Shown piece after piece: positions 1-10,021 of a stretch of 39,983 bases of DNA. The number at the start of each line of letters is the position of its first letter. Within the stretch, counting starts at the first letter, position 1. The DNA lies in the NCBI GenBank assembly GCA_029262975.1, contig JAJCYJ010000440.1:1-39983 (forward strand). The letters run 5' to 3'. This stretch comes from Saprospiraceae bacterium (GTDB taxonomy: Bacteria > Bacteroidota > Bacteroidia > Chitinophagales > Saprospiraceae). The position numbers and the translations under genes are program-made. The notes under the pieces are model-generated. The model did not search any database and was not told the origin of the DNA. It saw nothing but the letters and a program-made list of their open reading frames with translations.

Positions 1-117
1 TTATCTGCTTTAAATATTTCTATAATCGGGAGGATTGATGGATACTGGAAAGATGTAAAATTGAAAAATGTAGATAATGATTTTCAGGATATTGTTATTT
101 TGAAAAGGGAGAATTAA
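1..117 (+). CDS. 3' end of a CDS truncated by the window edge (hypothetical)
   Basis: Frame 1 is open from base 1 to TAA at 115-117 (38 codons, ...KDVKLKNVDNDFQDIVILKREN*). It is too short for the ORF track and has no recognisable domain. Confidence 0.3.
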   Translation, partial: LSALNISIIGRIDGYWKDVKLKNVDNDFQDIVILKREN

Positions 118-163
118 ATTGGACCTTTAGCCTTTTCTAATCGAGTGACTACTTTTTATAAAA

Positions 164-895
164 ATGGACTACAATAAAAACATTGATAAATTTTTAATCG
201 CCTCAGCTATCTGTTCCTTTCTTGGGGCATTGACAACCGCCCTGCTAATTTTTCTTCCCAATCCCGAGGCTTCAGATTTCGAAACGAGCAATTTATTATA
301 TAGCAATAGCCTGTATCTCAGTAAACTATGGATCTTATTTTTTCATCCACAGGTGAACTTGTTAGCTTCCCTGGGGATAGCATATCTAATGTTCCGGAAA
401 TATCCTTTTGAAATTATTTTTGGGACTTTCTTTTTGCTCATTTGGGCCTTTACTGAAATGTCGCAGCAGTCTCTTTTAATTGATGCACTCAACCAGATCT
501 GGCGTCCCGGCTACGTGGGTGCACCAAATGAGTCAGAAAAAATCATGTTTACAATATTGATTAAAGCGGCCAATGGTATTTCTGATAGCAACTATTTCTT
601 AGTCATTTATGGATTTGGACTGGGTTCATTGTTCTATGGATTTGCCTTTATCAAGGAAGTTGGATGGAGTAAATGGTTAGGCATGGCCTTAATTTTTATT
701 GGTCTACTTAGTTTGGCCTCTTTTGCTAGATATTATGCAGGCATGCATTTCTTCTTAAGCGGAATTGTGAATTGGTCCTACGAATGGATTTATCCTTACT
801 TACAACCGATTGTGAGGATATCTTTAGGTATTTGGATATTGAAAAACCTGAAATCGGGGATAGATTCAATTAAAACATCCCAAAATAAATGCTAA
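164..895 (+). CDS. Integral membrane protein, unknown function (about 6-7 predicted TM helices)
   Basis: 243-aa ORF with repeated 18-22-residue hydrophobic stretches (FLIASAICSFLGALTTALLIFL, IIFGTFFLLIWAF, FLVIYGFGLGSLFYGFAFI, LGMALIFIGLLSLASF). No catalytic motif recognised. Confidence 0.6.
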   Translation: MDYNKNIDKFLIASAICSFLGALTTALLIFLPNPEASDFETSNLLYSNSLYLSKLWILFFHPQVNLLASLGIAYLMFRKYPFEIIFGTFFLLIWAFTEMSQQSLLIDALNQIWRPGYVGAPNESEKIMFTILIKAANGISDSNYFLVIYGFGLGSLFYGFAFIKEVGWSKWLGMALIFIGLLSLASFARYYAGMHFFLSGIVNWSYEWIYPYLQPIVRISLGIWILKNLKSGIDSIKTSQNKC

Positions 896-1259
896 GCAGA
901 TATTTATACTTTTTCATTCAACTCATCTTCGTACAATTACATAACACCTAATTTTCTCCAAAAATCACTGCAGACGAAACTGTTATTAATACCTGACAGA
1001 GTCTTTTTAAAACAACAAAACCGGCAACCCCTAAATCGAAACCAGCAACTCAAAAACAGCAATTTAATAATTGATAATTAGATGCTGATATGGCTCCGCC
1101 AACGTCAGTAGATATTTGAGAAATGTTGTTCGTTGTTTGTTGTTAGTTGATTGCTCCATAATTTTGCGCTTTGGTTTATAATCGGGAAAGTCAGACGCTC
1201 GTTTTTTTAAAGTTTACGTTTAGCCGTGATTTCCAAAAATTAAATTTTATCTTAAATGC

Positions 1260-2291
1260 ATGACTGACAAAAAGTTTGGAATTGGAATTATAGGAACGGG
1301 TTGGGTAGCGGGTGCGCATATAGACACCTTTTCAGCTATTAATGGTTGTGAAGTAGTCGCCGTTTCTTCTCGAGAAAAGAAAAAGGCGGTTGCGAAAATT
1401 GCACACCACAAACTTAAAAATGCCGTGGCTTATGATGACCTGTCTTCATTTCTTCAACATCCGGATCTTGACATCGTAGTTATCTGTACACCTCACCCCT
1501 TTCATCCTTCAGAAGCCATTGCTGCCGCCCGTGCCGGGAAGCACATCGTCATAGAAAAGCCCGTGGCTTTGAATCGAAAGGATCTCCTCGCGGTTTATGA
1601 AGCGGTTCAGAAAGCAGGCGTTACGACCAGTATTTGTTTTGAAGTCAGATGGATTGGCGCTATCAGGAATGCAAAAAAGTTTATCACCCAGGATCTTATT
1701 GGAAAACCATTCTTTGGGTCATGCAGTTATTTTCATGGCATCGGCCCTTGGTATGGACAATGGGCATGGAATATCAAAAAAGAAATGGGAGGAGATGCAA
1801 TGCTGACCGCAGGATGTCATGCACTTGATACCCTTATTTGGCTAATGGGATCACGTGTATCGGAGGTTGCCTCTTTTGGAAATGTATCTGAAGGAAATCC
1901 TTTGCAATACGAATATGAACCTAATATTACATCTATTCTAAAATTTGAAAGCGGTGCCATAGGTAATGTTTCTGCAAGTGTTGAGTGTCGCCAGCCGTAT
2001 GAATTTCCTCTTCTGATTCAGGGTCCCAAAGGTTCGATCAAGGGTAATCAACTATCAACTTTAGAATACGATTTGAAAGATTGGATCACTTTTCCTACCA
2101 GCATGCCTGATTCAGGGGACGTCGCAGACCATTCATATCCAGGCCAATTAAATCATTTTGTTGCTAGTCTAAGAAGTGGTAAAAGACCTATAAATGATTT
2201 GGCCGCTTGTATGCACGTGCATGAAGTGATGTATGCGATGGCAGAATCAATGAAGACAGGTCAGGTAATCCGTGTAAAAGGTGACATTTAG
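1260..2291 (+). CDS. Gfo/Idh/MocA family NAD(P)-dependent oxidoreductase
   Basis: N-terminal Rossmann motif GIGIIGTGWVAGAHI and the EKP motif (IVIEKPVAL) typical of the family. 343 aa, ends with TAG. Confidence 0.9.
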   Translation: MTDKKFGIGIIGTGWVAGAHIDTFSAINGCEVVAVSSREKKKAVAKIAHHKLKNAVAYDDLSSFLQHPDLDIVVICTPHPFHPSEAIAAARAGKHIVIEKPVALNRKDLLAVYEAVQKAGVTTSICFEVRWIGAIRNAKKFITQDLIGKPFFGSCSYFHGIGPWYGQWAWNIKKEMGGDAMLTAGCHALDTLIWLMGSRVSEVASFGNVSEGNPLQYEYEPNITSILKFESGAIGNVSASVECRQPYEFPLLIQGPKGSIKGNQLSTLEYDLKDWITFPTSMPDSGDVADHSYPGQLNHFVASLRSGKRPINDLAACMHVHEVMYAMAESMKTGQVIRVKGDI

Positions 2292-2473
2292 AATGGAGTG
2301 ATAAATTATAAATTATAAAAACAAGGAAATAGATACGACTCCTTTCAAAGCTGAGGAGATACACTCATGATGAGTCTAAAACTGATTTGTTAGTGCAAAA
2401 TTAGATAGTGCACGTTGATTTAAGTAGACATTAGGTCTTCCACTTTCAGAAAAAAGTCGCAAATAGAGGACTT

Positions 2474-3253
2474 TTACATTTTTGAATCAGGATAGAAAAT
2501 ATAAGAATCCAATGCTTCTTCCAGAGGTTTAATTTCTTTGTTGGAATACCCCAAATGGGATCTTCTGCGCCATCCCTCTCCATAGGATACCTGTTTCGCC
2601 ATTTTCCCAATTTCTTCTGACATCTCAAGCATGGTCGTTATATATGAATTCATGCCCTGGCTATGGTCTAACCACGTCTTTTGACTCTTATGACAGCTGA
2701 GCATATTGGATTTTGGATCGATCACTGTTGAAATGTCCACTATAAATTCCGGTTTCATTAGTTGACGAAAGATATCTCGGTTTCCATGAGGTTGAGCATG
2801 ATAAAGAGCTACAGATTGATCAACTGCCGGATATGGAGGCGTAGTCGGAAAATTTGGCATACCCATAGTGAAAGCAGCTGTTGCGGCTAATCTTGCCGTA
2901 TTTTGATGATCTTCCATGTAATCTTGAGGAGATTGTAATAACAGGATTTCGGGTGCAACAGATCTCATGATCGAGGCCAGCTTTGCGAGCAATTTTGGTT
3001 CATAAAATATAGCTATATCCTCAGTAATTGGCTCATGAAATATCGCATCTATACTATGCGCCGCTTTTATGGCCTCTTCATTTCTAATTCCGATAAGATC
3101 GTTCTTGGCTATTGTTTTTGATCCGCATGAACCATTTGCAAGATTCATATAGTGCAATTCGTACCCTTGCTTTTGTAAAAGAAGCATTGTACCGGCCATT
3201 TGAAATTCTATATCGTCCGGGTGAGCTGCAATGGCAAATACTCTTTTTGGCAT
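2474..3253 (-). CDS. PIG-L / LmbE family N-acetylglucosaminyl deacetylase
   Basis: AHPDDIEF motif near the N-terminus and an HxxH-type region (HQNTARLAA). I use the internal ATG at 3253 (MPKRVFAIAAHPDDIEF). The longer track ORF to 3367 would overlap the upstream gene by about 100 nt. Confidence 0.85.
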   Translation of the reverse strand: MPKRVFAIAAHPDDIEFQMAGTMLLLQKQGYELHYMNLANGSCGSKTIAKNDLIGIRNEEAIKAAHSIDAIFHEPITEDIAIFYEPKLLAKLASIMRSVAPEILLLQSPQDYMEDHQNTARLAATAAFTMGMPNFPTTPPYPAVDQSVALYHAQPHGNRDIFRQLMKPEFIVDISTVIDPKSNMLSCHKSQKTWLDHSQGMNSYITTMLEMSEEIGKMAKQVSYGEGWRRRSHLGYSNKEIKPLEEALDSYIFYPDSKM

Positions 3254-3263
3254 AGTAAAATTA

Positions 3264-4202
3264 TTAATGCATTTCAGCCTGACAAGCTCCGATGCCTGGT
3301 TTGTAAAAGTTGAACTGAACATTAGGATGATCTGCAAGTAAGGACATAGGAACCGAGCTATCTGCAAGGCCGTTGGATATCATATACGAGGTCAACCGCA
3401 TACCAAAAGGATTGTCGTGTGTCCCTGCTTGCCATATGGATACTTTTTCGGCTTTCCAGGTTTCAAAAGGTCCAACAGTGAGTGCCCGGGTTGGGACATT
3501 TTGTACGACACCTCCTCCGGATGTACGCGCATTCTGAATGAGTGTAATCGGATGCAATTCTACCTCTCTTGTCTTTAGCAGACGATATTCTTCTGGTGTC
3601 GGTGGAATTTCTTTATATTTTCCGGTTCTTCTTAAAGGATCATTGAATGCCCAGTGTTTTACTTCACCCTGTCCCCCTTGCATTACAAGACATCGGGCCT
3701 GATTCCAACTTTCGTGAAATTCGGTAAGGTCAGCATCCGGGAAATGCAAATTTGCTTCGGGCATTCTTAGCTCTGGGCGGATTCGATCAAAACAAAGCGT
3801 ACGATTGGCTCTTTGAAAACTTAAAGGGTGACTAAGGGGCACTGCCTGGCCATCCTCTATCCATTCGTCCATAGCCCAAAAGTGAGCATATTTCAAATTG
3901 ACATTCAATTCATTGACCAGCCGGGCGACAAGGGGTAGCTGTTCTGTAGGGCCAATTGGGCCACAAATTCCGACGGGATTTTCGGGTCCTGCCTGCATCC
4001 AGGTATGCACATACTCCAATGCTTCAGCCAGGTAAAAATCTTCCAATGTATCATAGAAAACTACCTTAAATCCTGGCCTGGAAAGTGACAATAAATCATC
4101 TGGGCTTAATGCTGCCGCGGCATCCAGGATTTTGCGATCAAGTGTTGTGTAGTCCCACCAGTCTGGAGCTATTGTACTCAGAGGTCTCATGTGAATTTTC
4201 AT
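3264..4202 (-). CDS. Divergent glucosamine-6-phosphate deaminase / 6-phosphogluconolactonase (NagB/SOL) family protein
   Basis: Family landmarks are present but altered. [10 protein letters not shown] replaces the GLPTGGTP-type motif, and WAMDEW replaces the NMDEY-type motif. [16 protein letters not shown] replaces the GGVGxDGHIAFNEP-type motif. The stop lies 10 nt upstream of the LmbE-like start. Confidence 0.75.
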   Translation of the reverse strand: MKIHMRPLSTIAPDWWDYTTLDRKILDAAAALSPDDLLSLSRPGFKVVFYDTLEDFYLAEALEYVHTWMQAGPENPVGICGPIGPTEQLPLVARLVNELNVNLKYAHFWAMDEWIEDGQAVPLSHPLSFQRANRTLCFDRIRPELRMPEANLHFPDADLTEFHESWNQARCLVMQGGQGEVKHWAFNDPLRRTGKYKEIPPTPEEYRLLKTREVELHPITLIQNARTSGGGVVQNVPTRALTVGPFETWKAEKVSIWQAGTHDNPFGMRLTSYMISNGLADSSVPMSLLADHPNVQFNFYKPGIGACQAEMH

Positions 4203-4471
4203 TTGAGGATATCCTTAAAGATAGCAAGAGTAGTGGATATCATACCTGTCTTCAACTGATTGTTATTACACCATAAAATGAACAGCAAATTATGACCTTA
4301 TACTGCATCATAGCGGATTCAAATACTATTTATGTGCGATAATATGGAGATGAAGAATTAACCTATGGGCTGACCGAGTAGGCCTCCTTTAAAAAAGACA
4401 CCAGTATCATTACTTTTTATTATCAAATACTGATTCGTATTTTATGTATTTTATAGCCTAAATTCCGTTTT

Positions 4472-5281
4472 ATGAATAAGATTCTCCCAATTTTGATCGC
4501 CCTCACGCTCTTGTCCTGTAGTCGAAATGACCTGGCCGAAACCAAACAAGCAGCACCAACAGAGACTGTCAAAAAACAAAGACCGATTGCACTTGAAAAT
4601 GGAAAGTTTTTTAAAATTAACGATAGAGATATGCTCTATGGTGGAGCCGACAGTTTGCAACATTTTGATATAACAGATTATGATTTAAAAGATGGTCAGT
4701 TTCATTATGGTATTGGTCGTGAACGATTTCCAGCATTATTGGCTCCTGCATTTTCAAATGTTGCTGAAGCTGACTTAATATGGCAAGATGACGATAGGTT
4801 TTTACTGGCATATTCAGGAGCCGAAGTGAAGGCATATTCAGTCAAAGATTTAACAAGACATGAAGTTGTAAATGATGAATTAAATGGACAACCAATCATG
4901 GCCGTTTATTGCATTCTGGCAGATTTGGGAGCTATTTATTCACGACAATACGGTGAAAAAGAATTGACTTTTGGCTTGAGCGGATATACATATTATGATA
5001 AGGAAGTTTGGGATGGTCTTGATGGCTTTGTGCTGTGGGACAGGGAGACAGAAAGTCTGTGGTGGCCTCTTATTGGTCGGGCTGTTTCCGGAGCTCTTAA
5101 AGGCGTGTCTCTTCTGGAAATGGATAAGGCAAATTGGAAAGACACTAATTGGAAAACAGTTAAGTCATCCTATCCAAATGCCAAAGTATTAATCTCCGGA
5201 CAGGATTTTGAACGGCCTAAAGATTGGAACCGCCTTGTTGATGTAAGCCCTATTATTAAAGATTATAAAGCGAAAAAGTAG
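4472..5281 (+). CDS. DUF3179 family lipoprotein
   Basis: Lipoprotein signal peptide (ILIALTLLSC). Core region AYSVKDLTRHEVVNDELNGQPIMAVY...LTFGLSGYTY...LWDRETESLWWPLIGRAVSGALKG matches my recollection of the DUF3179 pattern. Confidence 0.8.
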   Translation: MNKILPILIALTLLSCSRNDLAETKQAAPTETVKKQRPIALENGKFFKINDRDMLYGGADSLQHFDITDYDLKDGQFHYGIGRERFPALLAPAFSNVAEADLIWQDDDRFLLAYSGAEVKAYSVKDLTRHEVVNDELNGQPIMAVYCILADLGAIYSRQYGEKELTFGLSGYTYYDKEVWDGLDGFVLWDRETESLWWPLIGRAVSGALKGVSLLEMDKANWKDTNWKTVKSSYPNAKVLISGQDFERPKDWNRLVDVSPIIKDYKAKK

Positions 5282-5373
5282 TCTTCGTGTAATATTTTAA
5301 TAAGGAATGCTTAACTACACACTCAAACCTTGAAATTTCCTTGTTGCGGCCTAACCCTAAAGGGAATCAATTA

Positions 5374-5428
5374 AATTTCAAGCTTTTCATCCGCCAGCTG
5401 ACGGAAGAGGCGGAAAAAGCTTGAAATT
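5374..5428. repeat. Long interrupted palindrome between convergent genes; possible bidirectional terminator
   Basis: AATTTCAAGCTTTT (5374-5387) pairs with AAAAGCTTGAAATT (5415-5428). Inner TCCGCC (5390-5395) pairs with GGCGGA (5409-5414). That gives about 20 bp of stem. No flanking U-tract, so it is not a canonical intrinsic terminator. Confidence 0.45.
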
Positions 5429-5561
5429 GTAATCTATCACGAATGGGTGTGTAATTAACGAAATGATAAGCATCTTGCTATCAGACAGAGAACTAAAGTT
5501 TAGAAACGGTTTTCTATTCTTCAGTGCGTCTTCTTTGATCTATAAAATTAGATTCAAAATC

Positions 5562-6404
5562 CTAAGGAAATTTGGGAAATTTGTCCCAATTCGGTTTGCG
5601 TTTTTCCAGGAAAGCATTGCGACCTTCCTCGGCTTCATCTGTCATATAACCGAGTCTGGTAGCTTCTCCTGCAAAGATTTGCTGACCTACTAATCCATCG
5701 TCTATTAAATTCATGGAATATTTGAGCATTTTTATAGCCGTTGGACTTTTTCCAAGAATTTCCTGTGCCCATTGATAGGCAGTATCTTCCAGTTCAGCAT
5801 GAGGGATAGCGGCATTGACCATACCCATATCTACCGCTTCCTGGGCCGAGTAATTTCTTCCCAGGAAAAAGATTTCCCGAGCTTTCTTTTGCCCTACCAT
5901 CCTGGTCAGATAGGCAGAACCGTAGCCTGCATCAAAACTTGCAACATCGGCATCTGTCTGTTTGAAGATGGCATGCTCTTTACTGGCAAGTGTGAGATCG
6001 CATACGACGTGCAAGCTATGACCTCCTCCGACTGCCCATCCCGGCACGACACATATGACCGCTTTATTCATGAATCGTATGAGCCGCTGTACTTCGAGAA
6101 TGTTTAACCTGCCGATACCATCACCCCCAACATATCCTGTCTTTCCACGTACGCGTTGATCGCCACCACTGCAAAATGCATAGACTCCATCTTTGGGAGA
6201 AGGTCCTTCTGCTGAAAGTAATATGACACCGATAGTGCGATCCTCATGGGCGTCATGAAAAGCATCCAGCAATTCTCCTACAGTCGTGGGTCTGAATGCA
6301 TTGCGCACTTCAGGTCGATTAAAAGCGATGCGTGCTACACCATTCAGCTTTTTGTAAGTTATATCTTCGTATTCTTTGGCGATTTGCCACTTGAGTGTTG
6401 CCAT
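5562..6404 (-). CDS. menB: 1,4-dihydroxy-2-naphthoyl-CoA synthase
   Basis: Near full-length similarity to MenB as I recall it: AFCSGGDQRVRG, VPGWAVGGGHSLHVVCDLT, VGQKKAREIFFLGR, EEGRNAFLEKRKPNW. Confidence 0.95.
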   Translation of the reverse strand: MATLKWQIAKEYEDITYKKLNGVARIAFNRPEVRNAFRPTTVGELLDAFHDAHEDRTIGVILLSAEGPSPKDGVYAFCSGGDQRVRGKTGYVGGDGIGRLNILEVQRLIRFMNKAVICVVPGWAVGGGHSLHVVCDLTLASKEHAIFKQTDADVASFDAGYGSAYLTRMVGQKKAREIFFLGRNYSAQEAVDMGMVNAAIPHAELEDTAYQWAQEILGKSPTAIKMLKYSMNLIDDGLVGQQIFAGEATRLGYMTDEAEEGRNAFLEKRKPNWDKFPKFP

Positions 6405-6459
6405 AATTTAAATATTTGCGAAGGTAGCTCATTTGACGAAAGTCAAAATTACTGAAAAC

Positions 6460-6984
6460 TTATACCAGGTTATACTTAGAAAATAAAAATGCTTTTGTCT
6501 CTTTTTCGTCAAATGCTCCACCCAGTAATGTCTGACTGGCCAGTCCTTCCAAATAACAACTGAGGAACCTGGCTTCCTGTGCTGGTGACTTATAATTTAA
6601 TTTGGCGAAAGCCTCCGTCAACTTTTCAATCAGAGGTTTGGTCTTGTCGGGATTCATATGTTGTAATTCCCACTTCAATCTGAATTGCAAGCGCCAAAAC
6701 TCATGATGTTCTGTGGCAAGATCCAATGGAAGTTCTATTGTCTTGGCGACTACCATCATGGGATCTTTCTCCTCTATAATATTACTATAAAGTGCTTTGA
6801 ATGCTTGCTCACCTTCCTCGAAAATAGCTTTCAATAGCCCCTCTTTATTATAGAAATGTCTGAAAATTAAGCTTTCCGAGACACCAGCCTTTTGCGCAAT
6901 TTTATTGGTCGAAGTAGCAGTATATCCCTCTGTTGCAAATAACTCTAAACCAGACTTGAGAATTAGCTCTTTTTTAGTCACCAT
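6460..6984 (-). CDS. TetR/AcrR family transcriptional regulator
   Basis: N-terminal HTH (TSTNKIAQKAGVSESLIFRHFYNKEGLL). 174 aa. Divergent from the molybdo-enzyme genes. Confidence 0.9.
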   Translation of the reverse strand: MVTKKELILKSGLELFATEGYTATSTNKIAQKAGVSESLIFRHFYNKEGLLKAIFEEGEQAFKALYSNIIEEKDPMMVVAKTIELPLDLATEHHEFWRLQFRLKWELQHMNPDKTKPLIEKLTEAFAKLNYKSPAQEARFLSCYLEGLASQTLLGGAFDEKETKAFLFSKYNLV

Positions 6985-7116
6985 AAAAGTAAGTGCTCAC
7001 TCACAAATTTATATATTTAAATTATATTCGCATCAAAATGTGTAAGAGAATATGTATCTTATAGATGCTTCAGACCAGAGGCTCAATTATAATTGCTCTA
7101 TAAATAAGTTTCAACT

Positions 7117-7593
7117 ATGGCAGAATTAAAAATTAACGGCAAGTCTATCAATGTAGATGTAGAAGGAGGCATGCCGCTATTGTGGGTCTTACGGGACGAA
7201 TTAGATATGACCGGGACAAAATATGGATGTGGCGTCTCCTCTTGTGGTGCATGTACCGTTATGATCGATGGTGTTGCCACAAAGAGTTGCACTTTTCCGG
7301 TAGCCAGTGCAGCAGGAAAGGAAATCACAACTATTGAAGGAATTGCAAAGCAGGGCCAACTTACGGCAGTGCAACGTGCCTGGATTGAACATCAAGTACC
7401 TCAATGCGGCTATTGTCAGTCAGGAATGATCATGGCAGCTGAGGCTTTGTTGGATCAGAATCCAGAACCTACAGACATGGATATAGATGAAAGCATGACA
7501 AACATCTGTCGTTGTGGCACCTATCAAAGAGTGCGACAAGCAATACATTCGGCGGCCAAATTGCGCGCCAACGAAGCAGAATTATTAGGATAA
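7117..7593 (+). CDS. (2Fe-2S)-binding small subunit of a xanthine-dehydrogenase-family molybdo-enzyme (IorA-like)
   Basis: Two [2Fe-2S] cysteine groups: [11 protein letters not shown] and CGYCQSG...CRCGTY. 158 aa. Confidence 0.9.
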   Translation: MAELKINGKSINVDVEGGMPLLWVLRDELDMTGTKYGCGVSSCGACTVMIDGVATKSCTFPVASAAGKEITTIEGIAKQGQLTAVQRAWIEHQVPQCGYCQSGMIMAAEALLDQNPEPTDMDIDESMTNICRCGTYQRVRQAIHSAAKLRANEAELLG

Positions 7594-7620
7594 TATTCTT
7601 TAAAAAAGTAAAAGCTGAAA

Positions 7621-9906
7621 ATGGCTGATCAAGATAAAAAATCGAAAAAAGGTAAATGGGGCCGCAGGGCATTCATGATCACAGGAGGTGTGGTTGGTGG
7701 TGGACTGGTAGTAGGTGTAGGCGGAATGCTGTGGGTGAATCACAAAATAAAACAATACACAGGAGAGGGTATGGGAGCAGGAGACTCCCTTAATGCCTGG
7801 ATCAGAATAGCTGAAGACAATACAATCACACTGGCAGTCCCGCGGTCTGAAATGGGACAGGGAGTGTACACTTCAATACCTATGCTGATAGCAGAAGAGT
7901 TGGAAGTCGATGTGCAGAAAGTAAAAATTGTACACCCGCAACCGGAGTCTCCTTATGCCAATACATTTCTATTAACAGGTCAGCCCCGGAATGTATATAA
8001 AGGCATGACCTTAATGGAAAAAATTGCTTCCGTTTTGCCAGTAGTTGGGACAGGTGGCAGTACGACCATTTCAGATGGTTATGATACTTTACGTGCTGCA
8101 GGTGCCACAGCCAGGGAAGCATTAATTATGGCCGGAGCACAAAGATGGGGAGTCGATAAAAGTGAGTGTTATGCTGAAGATGGCCATATCATAAACAAAA
8201 CATCCAAAGAAAAATTGACCTATGGGTCATTAGCCGCTGATGCCGCTCAAATTAAAGTGGACAAAATACCGACATTAAAAGCACAAAAGGATTTCAAAAT
8301 ATTGGGCAAACCGGTGCGCAGACTGGATATTCCTGAAAAAGTAGATGGTACAGCTGAATTTGGTATCGACGCAAGACCGGAAGGGCTGTTATATGCGGCT
8401 ATCAGACATCCGGAATACCTCGGAGGCACAATCGGCAGTGTGCAAAACATTGAAGAAGTTGAAGCTATGACCGGCGTAAAAAAGGTAGTAGTTCTAAAAG
8501 ATGGACAAGGTGTAGCTGTTGTTGCTGATAACAGTTGGAGAGCAAAAAATGGTGCGCTTAGTCTTGAAGTAACTGAAGAATCGAATGGCCATGAGGGTTT
8601 AAGTACAGCAGGGGTGGCGGCGAAAATGAAATCTGTGATCGCCAATAATGAAATGATAGCAACTCCGGAGTCAGAAGGGGATGTAGCATCAGTCATAGCC
8701 TCTGAAGGAAATCAATTGATTGAAGCAGAATATCTTGTACCCTATCTCGCCCAGGCCACGATGGAGCCATTGAATTGTACCGTTCATGTACATGAGGATA
8801 GAGCAGATGTGTGGGTAGGTCACCAGGCCCCGTCCGTGATCAGGGATAAAGTCGCGGCTATTACTGGTATCGACGGTGCCAATGTCACAATCAATATGAA
8901 ATACCTGGGTGGCGGATTTGGCAGAAGAGCAGAGGTGGATTTTGTAATTAAAGCAGCAGAAGTCGCGACGGTTATGAAGGGTACACCGATACAATTGTCT
9001 TATACCAGGGAAGAAGATATGAGGTATGGAATGTATCGCCCAGCAGTTATGAGCAAATTCAGGGCTGCCATTACACCTGGAGGAGATATTGCAGCCTGGG
9101 AAAACAAAATGGCCTTACAGTCAGTAGGACACAGTTCGATGATGAGGATTATGCCTTCTCAGGCCCCTGATCCAAAGGATGATCCTATGAGTTCTGAAGG
9201 TGCAGCACACTTGCCATATGCTATGGGCAGTCGCAAGGTTGCTTTTGGGGATCTTGATTTACCGATACAGGTGGGCAACTGGAGAAGCGTAGGAAGTTCT
9301 CAAAATGGTTTTTTTACAGAATCATTTATAGATGAATGCGCTGCAGCAGCAGGAAAAGATCCATATGTTTTTAGAAAAAATAAATTAGCTGATCACCCTA
9401 GGTTTGTCGCAGTACTTGATAAAGTAGCCGAAATATCTAACTGGTCTGAGCCGGCTGGTGACAATAAATTTCGTGGTATTGCGCTGCACAAGTCATTTGG
9501 AAGTATCGTAGCAGAAGTAGCAGAAATAACAAAAGTAGGAGAGAAGGAATTTTCTATAGACAATTATTATTGTGTGATAGATTGTGGACGCACTGTCAAC
9601 CCGGATACCATAGAAGCGCAAATGCAGAGCGGGATTGTATACGGATTGTCAGCTGCTATGTATGGTCAGATCACGATTGAAAATGGAAAAATTGTTGAAG
9701 GAAATTTCCCGGAATATGAAATGGTCCGTATGAATGTCACACCGCACATTACGACACATATCATGGAAATGGATGAATACCCTACGGGAGTGGGTGAACC
9801 AGGAACGCCACCTGCTGCTCCCGCTTTGACAAATGCACTATTTGCGGCGACAGGTGAACGAATCAGGGAATTACCTCTCGTAAAGCATGGATATTCTTTC
9901 GTATAA
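7621..9906 (+). CDS. Molybdopterin-binding large subunit (isoquinoline 1-oxidoreductase beta / membrane aldehyde dehydrogenase-like), TAT-exported
   Basis: Twin-arginine signal (WGRRAFMITGGVVGGGLVV). 761 aa with xanthine-dehydrogenase-family motifs (GGGFGRR, TGVGEPGTPPAAPA). The start lies 27 nt after the small subunit stop. Confidence 0.9.
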   Translation: MADQDKKSKKGKWGRRAFMITGGVVGGGLVVGVGGMLWVNHKIKQYTGEGMGAGDSLNAWIRIAEDNTITLAVPRSEMGQGVYTSIPMLIAEELEVDVQKVKIVHPQPESPYANTFLLTGQPRNVYKGMTLMEKIASVLPVVGTGGSTTISDGYDTLRAAGATAREALIMAGAQRWGVDKSECYAEDGHIINKTSKEKLTYGSLAADAAQIKVDKIPTLKAQKDFKILGKPVRRLDIPEKVDGTAEFGIDARPEGLLYAAIRHPEYLGGTIGSVQNIEEVEAMTGVKKVVVLKDGQGVAVVADNSWRAKNGALSLEVTEESNGHEGLSTAGVAAKMKSVIANNEMIATPESEGDVASVIASEGNQLIEAEYLVPYLAQATMEPLNCTVHVHEDRADVWVGHQAPSVIRDKVAAITGIDGANVTINMKYLGGGFGRRAEVDFVIKAAEVATVMKGTPIQLSYTREEDMRYGMYRPAVMSKFRAAITPGGDIAAWENKMALQSVGHSSMMRIMPSQAPDPKDDPMSSEGAAHLPYAMGSRKVAFGDLDLPIQVGNWRSVGSSQNGFFTESFIDECAAAAGKDPYVFRKNKLADHPRFVAVLDKVAEISNWSEPAGDNKFRGIALHKSFGSIVAEVAEITKVGEKEFSIDNYYCVIDCGRTVNPDTIEAQMQSGIVYGLSAAMYGQITIENGKIVEGNFPEYEMVRMNVTPHITTHIMEMDEYPTGVGEPGTPPAAPALTNALFAATGERIRELPLVKHGYSFV

Positions 9907-10021
9907 GTGTGTCAGGTAGATCTGGTTTCATGATTTTTAATGCTGGCCAATAATGGGAACTGGGATATTTGCCTTAACTAGAGAATATATGTTAATTAGC
10001 AGGCCAAAATAAAATGTCATC

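Noticed and set aside
1009-1152. A CA-rich tract (1009-1063) followed about 60 nt later by a GT-rich tract (1124-1152) that could pair as a long imperfect stem upstream of the oxidoreductase gene.
   Set aside because: The complementarity is patchy (AACAACAAA-type runs only) and the sequence is low-complexity. I cannot distinguish it from compositional chance without conservation data.
3254-3367. N-terminal extension of the LmbE-like ORF. Similar upstream extensions occur at 23093-23149, 32636-32686, 28762-28818, 14714-14764, 13517-13561 and 39675-39743.
   Set aside because: The extensions overlap the preceding gene or a repeat and add non-signal, non-domain residues. Internal starts give proper signal peptides, domain starts and tight gene coupling.
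7880-8994. Antisense ORFs inside the molybdopterin subunit gene (7880-8122, 8247-8696, 8689-8994). There are analogous antisense ORFs inside NrfD (12702-12938, 13101-13292), the FeS gene (13655-14019), menB (5772-6107) and the flavoproteins (19162-19347, 19955-20143).
   Set aside because: They lie opposite strongly supported conserved-domain genes and have low-complexity or Ser/Thr/Pro/Leu-biased composition typical of antisense frames. They have no motifs.
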